A model generated the notes under the pieces. That model worked only from the letters and a program-made list of their open reading frames with translations, did no database searches and was not told the DNA's origin. A stretch of 64,000 nucleotides of DNA. It comes from Chrysomallon squamiferum. Taxonomy: Eukaryota; Animalia; Mollusca. Within the stretch, counting starts at the first letter, position 1. The number at the start of each line of letters is the position of its first letter. Shown here piece after piece: positions 53,119 to 64,000 of the stretch. Made by a program: the position numbers and the translations under genes. The DNA lies in NCBI GenBank assembly GCA_012295275.1, contig CM022665.1, positions 15,376,001 through 15,440,000 of the forward strand, in the 5' to 3' direction.

Positions 53119-54600
53119 GACAACTAAACCCGTATAGATTGCTTGATATCATTCCAATCTTCACATATTTGTTATAACTGACGCGTTCAGCTGACCCCAT
53201 TGTAAAAAGAAACCTTTCAAAGAGTTTTTTTTTTATAGATATTTAGCTGATACTCAAACAGGGTCATGAAATGTTAAATGACTAAACACGAAGCATCATA
53301 CTATTGCTTCAGTCACACGTCAGACAATTTAGAACGCTTCCATTACCAGATGTTTAAAAGATCTTATTGTAGAGACATCAAGATTCGGTCGATTCACGCA
53401 TCTCGTTGACAAGAGATATACACAAAAACACCATCTAATGACACACCATCGTCCACACTGAAGATGTCCTATTAAAAAGGGGAACAAATGGACAGCACCG
53501 GAGTCAAATTTCCGTTTGGCACTTGCTCGAGGATCGGCGCGAGGAGAAAGAGAAAAAAGCAGACGTCTGTTTTGGGGCGAGCTGACGAACTCCTTTCTTC
53601 GCGAATAAAGCCACGTTTACCCTTCAAGTGGCAGCCCGTTTTAATGGACAGTTTTGACCAAACAGTCTAAATGGCAAAGCTCAGTGACATGTCCTTGTTG
53701 GCGGCTTCGATTGTTAATTATAGACGTTATTTGCCATTCTGTTCTCTGTCCGCCCTCGTAACGCTCGCGGACTTACAATTTAGGACCGACGTCGAGGTAT
53801 AAAAAAAAAAAAAAAAAAAAGAAGAAGAAAAAAAGAAGAGAGAATCTATTGGTGACCATTTGGTCAGTCGACAATTTAAACTAGACACTTCACCATAACG
53901 AAGTGTCAGCCTTCATATTTACTTCCACCGCTGGACATGCGCTGTCAAAGATATAAATGAAATTAAGATGAAATAAATCTTTTGTCTTCGTTTGTTTTGT
54001 TTTTTTGTTTTTTGTATTTTACAGTTGGCTTGTTATCAATTACACCAGACGATAATTAATTCAAAATGATAATGTAATGACGTTCTAGGACAATACTTTA
54101 ATGGCAGTGAGATATTTGTCTTCAGGCTTAAGTTGGAAGATAAAAGAATATGGATTTATGTTTTCACGTGTCCAAATATCTGCAATGTTCTTTGTTTCTT
54201 AAACAAAGCCACACATTCCTTGATGTTTTAGAGCAGATGTTGTTTTGTCTAATTTGTACATTATTTGCAAAATAAAAACATAAAAAAAACATCTGTATTT
54301 CACATTAATAATATATTTTACAGATTAATAATCTTTAAAGAAAAAAGATGTTAATCTTCTTTGTAGACGAAGTACATATTGAATCATATCAGAAATGGAC
54401 ACATAAGAGTGCCATTTCACAAATTTGCCTAAAAATAACTGTGACCTCAAGATCAAAGCAAATTATCCCGATACTTGAGCAAAAACAGCAAGACATTTTT
54501 TGTTTAGTTTAATCAAGTTTTTATCATCATCATCATATCATGTTAGCATTCTCGTCATCGTAATCACCGTGATGATGATGATGATGATGATGATGATATT

Positions 54601-54639
<39 letters not shown>

Positions 54640-54675
54640 TATTATTATTATTATTATTATTATAAATATGATCAT

Positions 54676-54916
54676 AATGAAAGAAAAAAGAAAACAAGCA
54701 AGAAAAAGAAACTTTATTCTGAACAAACTAAAATAAGTTTAAGTAAGGTTATTTTTAAAAAATCACTTAACAATTTTTTTAAAAATGATAAAAAATAATA
54801 ATGTTAATAATAAGAAAATTACCTTGTAGATATTTGATAACAAACAAATGAACAATAGGTCTTTATTGATATTAACTTTCATGAAAACGATTTTCTATAG
54901 CTACCGCTTGATTTAT
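54676..54916. repeat. ~241-bp direct repeat, copy 2
   Basis: Aligns with 52878-53118. Confidence 0.92.
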
Positions 54917-56024
54917 CATAATTATTATTGTTGTTGTTGTTGTTGTTGTTATTGTTATTATAGAAATATTCACTTTTTTGGACGGAATATTATAAAACTG
55001 TCAGTTGTAGCCAAGAATAAACAATAATTTTCATAAGCGTCGTCACCATCATGATCATAACAATAACATCATCATCATCAACTACATCCCACACACACAT
55101 TCCGCACCAAAATACTACAAACCTAAACACTAGCACTTCCTCCACACCTCATAAAACAAATAGGAAAAACAAAGGAAAAAAAATGTAATAATAACAAAAC
55201 CCGTCCTCATTATAATGAACCACAATAAAATTAACCATTCATTACATTTTACCAAGCAAAACGCTCATACCATTTCTGTCAAATTTTGAACGAAAATGTC
55301 GAGATTCGTTTCACAAGCATTGTTTTGATGTTTAACGACCTGCTTCACTATTATTTATTTTGTTTTAAAAAAAAAAAGTGAAGAAGATGAAGACTACCTA
55401 ACTCTTCTTGGTAAATCATATTCAGTACACCAACTGGTGGCTTTTCAATTTAGCGGAACTTTCTGCGTCTGCAACGAACCATGGACGATTACCATTGCGG
55501 ACCTTTCATCTGCAAGACGATCGGACATCTTTGAGCTTGCTCAACAGCTACTGTGGTCGAAATAGTTTCTCTAAACAACATTTCTGTGTGATCTGATAAC
55601 AGTAATTTATTAATATCATAACAAGTTGTAGGCACCCCAAGGCTGACCTGTCAAAACACGTCTTTTCTTTCCACGTACGCTTGTATGTACGTACGTATGG
55701 ACAGCTTCAAGCTAAATAGATGTGTTCGTAGTATCTGACACCTGCGCAAAATAATGTTAAACTTTTTTGTGTGTGTGTGTGTGTGTGTATTTTTTTCCTC
55801 CATGTCAGTTTGTTTAATTATTTTCTTGTTTTGTTACTTTTGTATCAATAATAAAAATATAACAATAACGATAATACTGTTGTTTTTTGTTTTTTTCTTT
55901 TTTATTATTATTATTATTATTATTATTTCTTTTCATCCTTTCATCTTTTTTTTCATGAATCAACATAATTTTATCTATATTTTCTTTTTCTTTCTTCTTG
56001 GTGTTTGAATTCTAATGTATTTTA

Positions 56025-56074
<50 letters not shown>

Positions 56075-56849
56075 CAAAACAAATTCCATATATATGTATA
56101 TATACCTACATACATAAAATAAAATAGCCTGTATAAATATAAAAATAAAATAAAACATCAACATATTTATATTATCAATACATTTTAAAAAACAATAATA
56201 ATAAAAACAAAAAACCAACAAACAACACATTATATATGTATATCAGTCACGTGCTTCGAAAAAATACACATATCGAAAACATATGACACGCTGATTAAAT
56301 TTACCATCATCGACAATTTATACCCTGAACGGATAAAATTGTCTGTAATCAGTGACCTGCCTCTGTTTACGCTTTCATCTGATCTTGATAAATCTTGTTA
56401 CGGGTGTGAACAAAGTTATAAAGCTGCGACGATTTGGGCTTTATTGCCAATTTTCGCATGCCATCTCGTCCTGGGGTAGAAACGTAAATTGGTTTGTTAG
56501 AGAGCTTGGTGTTTGCGCCTCTGAACATTATCTGTTGGAAACCATCTATTTTTACTGTTATGTACATAAATAAATATATAAATATATTAAAAATAAAATA
56601 AAACAACCCCAGATAAATTTAAGTAAATTAAATTAAAATTAAAATTAATAATAAAATAATAATAAAAATACAGTTATGAATAAATAAATAAATAATATCT
56701 ATAACTTACAAGGTTTTTCAGCAACAAATTTTAGAAGTTGTTCGTATTTTTGCTTTTTTAATGAATTCAATGATATGATAAAACTTCGTGATTTTATGTG
56801 TGATTCCAGGAACATTACGACTGTCAACATACGCAGTGCTTAAGACAGA

Positions 56850-56921
56850 ACAGTCCTCAGCGGGTATTCGAGCCTGCCACGTCGCGAGCCACCTCACCAC
56901 TAAACCAACGTGCGCAGCCCC
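56850..56921 (-). mobile_element. tRNA-like Pol III head (SINE head or tRNA pseudogene)
   Basis: Minus strand reads GGGGCTGCGCACGT-TGGTTTAGTGG (A-box-like, 56907-56897)...GGCTCGAATAC (B-box-like, 56874-56864). Box spacing is short and no full cloverleaf forms. Confidence 0.5.
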
Positions 56922-57667
56922 AAGGACATACTTTAATAAGACCAAAAATGATTTCAGCTTAGTAATAAGATTCGACAGATTCCCTGGCTAAATCTATGAT
57001 CGAGAGACACTGCAAAATAGAAGACCTAAAAACATTTTTTATAACTTCCAAATCATTTCATAAAACCAAACTTTGTTGATAATAAAATACATGTTATTAA
57101 AACAACTTTGTAAATGAAAAAAAAAAAAAAAACAACAACAACAAAAAAAAAAAAAAAAAAAAAAAAAACCCAAAAACATTGCATAAATATTAACTCGCTA
57201 ATATTTCAAAGAATATTGTATAACTAATAACATGTTAATATTGCAAACGAGCACTTTGTAATAATAGTGAAAAAAAAGTGTTTTAAACACATGTCGAGTA
57301 ATATCCAAGGACTATATGTCGAACATAAAGTCATAAACAGAGGAAACATAACATCATAGACTGCAGTGGGCTTTACTGGTATAGGTAAAGAATCAAAATA
57401 ATTCTGGCGGAAATGTCGAAAGGAATTTAGGCTATCAGTAATATTTTCTCACTTTTTTTTAATGATTCATAGCGTTATAAAATATAAAAGCCATTGTCAT
57501 GCTGGTAATAATTTAAAAAAAAAATTATATTTCGACGTATGCGAATTATGAAAAACAAAAGACAATCAAAAAAAAAAAAAAAAAAAGAAAAAGAAAGAAA
57601 GAAAAGGAAAAAAAGGCCAGTAACAACAAACAAGCAATCATAATTTAGTTTTTATATGATTAAAGTA

Positions 57668-58011
57668 AAAAGTAGCTCAGTAGCTCGAATGAAATATTGA
57701 GGTATGAAGGCGTGAAGGATCAGACCTCATTAGCGCTTACAAGAGTTTTTTTTTTTTTTTATATATATATATATATATATACCAGCCAATTTTCGACTGT
57801 TGGTTTATCAAAGATTTGGTATGTGTTCTTATTTTTATGGGAAGGTGCATATAAAAGATCTGATACTGCTAATCGAAAAAGGACACCTCAGTGTTTGGCG
57901 GTGCAGGTTTTTTCTCTCATTATCTTTAACGTCCCTAACTATGTTTGATGTCATATAACCGCCTCTGATAAAAGTGTATCGTTAAATTAAACATTTCATT
58001 ATTCTTCCTTC
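57668..58011 (+). mobile_element. Full-length decayed tRNA-derived SINE
   Basis: A-box-like GTAGCTCAGTAG (57672), degenerate B-box GGATCAGACC (57717), core GGTGCATATAAAAGATC..TACTGCTAATCGAAAA, tail CGTTAAATTAAACATTTC...TTCCTTC. Homologous copies occur elsewhere in the window. Confidence 0.7.
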
Positions 58012-59686
58012 AAAATAAATAAATAAATAAATAAATAAATAAAATAGAATAGAATTAAATAAAAGTAAATAAATAAATAAAAATAAAAACTTAAGGGATA
58101 TATTTACTTTCGAACAAAGCAGCACGTACCACATATTTTGATATGTATAAACCACGGCATCGATATTAAAATAAAACAACCATCAGAAGTGGAAATTTAA
58201 TTAAATTCTATCGTTTTCTATTAAACAAATACGCTACATGTATCGAAATAAATTTAAATAGATATCACTAATAGTGTACGTCTAACTGTTAATAAACGAC
58301 TTTTTAAAACACTAAGTCTTAGCCTTATCTGTAACGGTTGACAATAAATTTGACTCTTATCAATATACAACACTTGGCAAAGTAACAGGGCAAACCACAT
58401 ACAACGCACTCTTTGTTCCTTCTTTATCGTAATCTTACTTTGGTTTAACAACATCGCACTCGATAGTTGTGTGATTATGACAAATAAAAAACCCAAGAGC
58501 CTTAAATTTATAACGGTATAACTTTCGTTTGGTTTGTATTAATTGCACAGGATAATAATTTATAACGGCAATAGTTTCTTTTAGCTCGCAAAATTCCGTA
58601 ACGAGGAGGTTAAAAGCCATTGCACTTTCTTTTCTCTTGAACTAACACATTAACATTTTCTGTGAGAAACCGTTCATTTTTTACGAGTGTACATAAATAT
58701 TATTGTTTAATTATACATTTATTCAGGTTTCTATTCTGTGTGTGCGTGCGTGTGCGTACATATATGTGCTGATTTTCTGTATCTCTCTCGACATATTAAA
58801 AGTATAGTAAACAGAAAGAAGACAAGATAGATAGATATACACGCATACAGACTCATACATAATTATATACATATATATGTTTGTGTGTATGTATGTACGT
58901 ATGTATGTATAGACAGAGGGAAAAAAGAGATAAACATATAGAGAAATGGGTGACAGACGGAGATATATAGAGAAGATAAAAACATTAACTGTGAGTGTAC
59001 TTGTTCTAATTATAACGTTTATTTTTAAACGTGAAAGAGTTCTTTCGTTAATAAAAATTACACCGGTTAACTTTTAGCGTCAGTGATTCTGTTCTATTTG
59101 TTTTTCTTTTGCACAGCCTCTTCCCTTAATTACACTTGTTACTGAATGGAAGACGTATCTAGTAAAAACATCTAAATGAAACTCAGCGTACCGAGATTTG
59201 TAATTCCCCCGCAAAAATCCCATCGACATATTTGCTCTGTGTTTAGGAAATAACGTCATATCGTTGACTATGTCGGCAAACTCAGAGACGCACCTTTTAA
59301 CCTCTTCCTTTGTAAGATAATTTGATAACGAGATGGGATGCATGATTATTCCTTCTTGAATAATGTGAATATGCGGATTTTGACCTGCTTGCTTGGACAT
59401 TCATTACAGCAGCCACTTATCTTCAAAGGAGATATCTCAATTAGTAATATGTTGCAAGAAGAGGGCTTAAAAACATTCCATGTTTTCAAAGTATTTTATA
59501 ATTGCTTAAGGTTTTATTTAGTTCGTTATATTTGATTATAATGGTTAAGCAATTAAACAAATAATTTAAAAGTTTAAAGAAAAATAAATAAATAAATAAA
59601 TAAAAAGAAAAAACTGAAAAAGAAAAGAACAAAGGGGATAATTTTATAAACTGTATTACATATACATGCAGACACACACACACACG

Positions 59687-59724
<38 letters not shown>

Positions 59725-60429
59725 CTTGATTATGACTACAACAAGCAAAATGATAATATTACAAGATGGGTGAAAGAGAGCACGGAATGAAACGGAAAGT
59801 CAGTTTCCTGCATTGTCGAAATATAATTTCCTATTCATATTTATTACATTATGTCATTAGATCAAATTAAACAGCCGATTTTTAATAATGACTGACTGAT
59901 ATAGAATTTATAAAAATAGTTATAAGAAAAGAAAGTACTGAAGTTACGATGAAACACACTCAGATATAATATATGGACATGCTGACAGAAAGTATAATGA
60001 GACAAATAGTCAGACAGAGAAAATAAAAGATGTGACAGTAGATACATTTTCTTTACGTCCGTCTGTTTGTCCCAGTCTGTTTGTCCCTCTGTCCTCCCGT
60101 CTCTCTCTCTCACTCACCTCCCCCCCAACATAATTACACACACACACACCAAAATACATAAACTTTGACGCACTTGAAAACCCTAACCGTTCTGTTGAGA
60201 TGGAAACAGTTATTACCGTGGCATTCGCAGTGTTTCAGATACGCAAAACACGAACATATATTTAACCCTGTACCAAGAAAGAAACATCAGATTGCCAGAT
60301 AAAGAAACACAACGACCACACATGATTACAGATGAACTAGCTGCAAGTGCAGCAAATTGCATAACCAAACATTTATTTTCATTGCTTTTGTCGTCATTGT
60401 AAACTGAGTTGGAAAAACGAAAATAACCT

Positions 60430-60505
<76 letters not shown>

Positions 60506-63269
60506 GGGGCAAATAAAGTTCCAGTCATAGGCACCGTTTTGAAAAAACCAACAGAAAAATAATAAAAATAATAATAATAATAATAATAATAATATACGAC
60601 AAAAGTGAAACAGAAAGGAAACAATTCTTAATTCGTGCACCTGTTGAAAAGTAAATGTGTGAAATCGGCAACCCCACTGTAGTTGCTGATGGAGTTTTAA
60701 AATTAATTAATTAATGTATTTATTCATTAAATTTATTTTACTTTAAACTTAAACCATCACACACATTTTTGTTTGATTGTTTCTGTATTGTACAGACGAT
60801 TTCCGTTTTACTTGACAACCAAACACCAATTCTGCAGACACTCGTCTCGTCTTTAACCTGACTTCATCATCCGAGCAGACAGGTAACCAAAACTAGATCT
60901 GGCGAAAAAGAGTTGTTGATTCCTTCACTGATAGAATCTTTCATCATTTCATAGCCGTTGATGGGAGAAAAAAATTAGTCTGTTTGCGTTTCTGCTAGAT
61001 GTTCATACACCTGTTGTATGAGTTATCGACCAGATTATAATTTCAATACCACCACCCTGCAGCTTGCAGAAAGTTTGATTCCGGGTGACCTCTTGACCTC
61101 CGGTGTGCACGTTTCTCATTCGCCTCTTTGGTTTAATGTGTTAACGTCGTGAATTCATTTTTTTTTTTTTTTTTTTTTTTTTTAACTTTCTCTTTTACTG
61201 ACGATGCTTGCAAGCAAATGCAGAAGGTTTTAAAAATGGGAAACAGGAAAATACAACGAAAACAACAACAAAAAAGATTTAAAAAAACCCAACCAACTTC
61301 AACAAATTTTCGCCCTAAACTAAAACCCATACCTCTCAAGCGACAAAATATACAAATAAACATGATTTATTTCTGGTTTTTATGATGTAACCTATTTGTC
61401 AGAATCCTGGAAGTAACTAATAACATATTCTCTTCGGAAAAAAACTTTACACACATAGAGACATATTTATATATGATATCGGGAGTATGGAAAAGAAACT
61501 TATTCGTATTTATAAATATCTTCTGAACAAGTTCGCCTTTTTGCAAGGATTTGTATGTCGACAAAAAACAAGCAAAGCAAAGCAAAACAAAACGAAACAA
61601 CAACAACAACAATAATAATAATAATAAAGAAAAAGAAGAAAAAGTTACCTTAAATTAAGAACCAGTGGTTTTGTTAGACCCTTTTTAATTTCTAACAGAT
61701 TTCTTTTATATCATAATTTGATTCACAACACACAACAGTTGTAGATATTTCTGAAATTGTTATTGCGTAACGTAATACAATACAAATGAAGTCATGTAAC
61801 TGTTCACTAGAGTTTGTGCAGGAAATTCTATTTATCCGTCCAGTAAACAGAAATATTCATTTAATTGTACTGAAGCAGGACACATGTACAGCACTGCAGA
61901 CCAATGCTAGACACATTCTGTAATTGGCGGAAAGAAATTAACCGATAAATGTCGAGGAACAGAAACGAAAATGGGAGGTAGGAAGATTAGAGGTACTTAT
62001 TTAATCAGTGGCTGTTGTGTGTCAAAATATGTTCGCTGTCAAACGGTTTAGCTGTCTGTGCATGGGAAAGAGTGAGTTAATATATATATTTAATAAAAAC
62101 ATTCATTTTGATTTTATTACTGGTTGCTGGCTGTGAAATTCATGGTTTTGTAATAAGTCTGCAAGAAGAAACTAGCTGCCATTTTGTGAGTTTGTGTGGT
62201 AGTGTATCGCTGCCTCTTCACAAATGAACAGTTTTCCACTCTTTTACTGGGGCTTTGGTTCATCCTGATCCTGGGCTTTGGTCCATTCTGGTACTGGGCT
62301 ATACAACGATTCATAAATATCCTCCGTCGAAACCTATTTAACATGGTAGCGTATTGCACCGCTTTAGATATGAACTTGCTCATCCTGTTTTGTTGGTCTC
62401 TAGTCTATTCTGCTACTGGGATAAAGGACGTCTCATTATATGGTTAAAATGCCGAGATATTTATTGTTTGTCATAATGTTCCTCTCCAGAATTGTGCTAA
62501 ATGCGTCACCAAAACCGCGCTAAATCCATCTCTGAAACAGAACTAAGTCCTATTCTAGATCCAGGCTACAGCCATCTGTAGAATAAGCCAACAGCCTATT
62601 TTTTACAATGTAATAACCTGTTTTAGACAACAATCTATTGTACTACTGAGTAATAGGCCATTCTAGAAAAGGACAAAATTCTTTTCTTATAATCAGTTTT
62701 GCTTGCCCCAGTTCTGAACAGCAGTCTGCTTTGGAAAATGTAAGGTAATGAATTTGTAGTCACAACACAGGAGTTGAGAGGAGAGAAAGCTGTCTAAAAC
62801 CGTAAACAAAATATAACACAGAAGAAGAACTTGTTACTAATGATTGTTATATATCATGTTTTACACGGTGCTTTACTTTTAACTCTACTTCAGTGTTTTC
62901 TTTTTCTTTGATCATTCTTTGCTAACTACATCTTCCTACAGAGGCGTTTCCCCTCCCTTCTCTGTCGTGTGACAGGTTTTAGAGCTGTTGAAGAAACAAT
63001 CCTCACGTCCTTGCCGATGGTCATTTTAATACAGATAATTCTAAAATGTAATTTTTGTGGATTACTCCTAGACGTTAGACGTCAGAGACATGTATGTGTA
63101 AAGCATTATGTACAGTGTCAGAGATGGGAAAGTAATCGGCAAAATGAACACTTCAGATGTAAACTGTTTGTTAAAGTAGACCAGTGTGTTAGTGACATGT
63201 AATGATGTTATAAATATCACCCACACATTTTAGGGCGTGAAATAGATTTCTAGTTGGGTTTTTTAGATT

Positions 63270-63393
63270 CCCTCTGCTTTAGCCCCCCCCTTTGGTCTAT
63301 CTCCCCTCAGCTTTAGTCCCCCTGCTAAACCACCTCTGCTCTTGTCCCACTCTACTTTAGCACCCCTGTGCTCTAACTTCCCACAACTCTAAC
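63270..63393. repeat. C-rich degenerate minisatellite (approx. CCCTCTGCTTTAG)
   Basis: About 7 diverged units, e.g. ccctctgctttag, ccctcagctttag, ccactctactttag. Confidence 0.75.
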
Positions 63394-63719
63394 GTCTGAC
63401 ATTTCTTTGCAGTCAGAATATTTCCTTCATTTGTCCTGCCTTCACGTTTCTTCGCTAATGACGCTGATATTCACAGCAACGGTACAGATAAAACTTAGTT
63501 CAGGTTAAAGCACACACCTCTCTATGACACTACGATTTATCATCATTAAAGGCAGTGAGTGTAATACAAATTAGCTGCACATCAGTCTGTAACATGCTGA
63601 TGTTATCTTCGTTTTATTGATGGTCTCTATAAGGCTTTAGCTTAATGTGTATGATACACAATTCCGTACTATTAACGTATTAAACGAGCACCTCTCTCTC
63701 TTTCTCTGTATAATTATGT

Positions 63720-63758
<39 letters not shown>

Positions 63759-64000
63759 TGTTTTCAAAATAATTGTAGTAAAAAAATATAGTTTAACAAA
63801 AGTTAAGAAGACATAATTTGAATAAAAAATTAATAATACAAACAATACTCTAAAATATATATATATATTTTAAAATTAAAAATTACAAAATTAAATTAAT
63901 AAATAACGATATAGTCCAAATTTACTGGTAGATAATATTTTGAAAATGATAACAATAACCATACATCTTGTTTGCTTCACTGAGATTAACAAACTAAATA

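Overview
AT-rich, microsatellite-dense eukaryotic genomic DNA. It is most likely invertebrate, and the repeat content suggests a mollusc or gastropod (inference). There are no prokaryotic features. 1-19.1 kb holds the 3' half of a spliced + strand gene: 13 exons, all GT-AG, with consistent phases, 1641 nt, about 546 aa up to TAA at 19096-19098. It encodes the C-terminal HAT/TPR-like region of ZFC3H1 (PAXT nuclear-exosome adaptor). The T-skewed, CpG-depleted composition continues to about 22.5-22.9 kb, which is the probable end of the transcription unit. At 25.0-28.35 kb a degenerate ~35-bp repeat containing a 75-bp inverted duplication grades into a nearly homogeneous 34-copy 81-bp satellite. 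The remaining ~35 kb has no confidently identifiable gene. It contains a decayed Tc1/mariner transposase, several copies of a tRNA-derived SINE, local direct duplications, many microsatellites and short CpG-rich enhancer-like islands. Most entries in the ORF track are microsatellite or low-complexity artefacts. I see no convincing novel multi-gene system. The best leads are a candidate poison or alternative terminal exon in ZFC3H1 and a visible satellite-birth intermediate.
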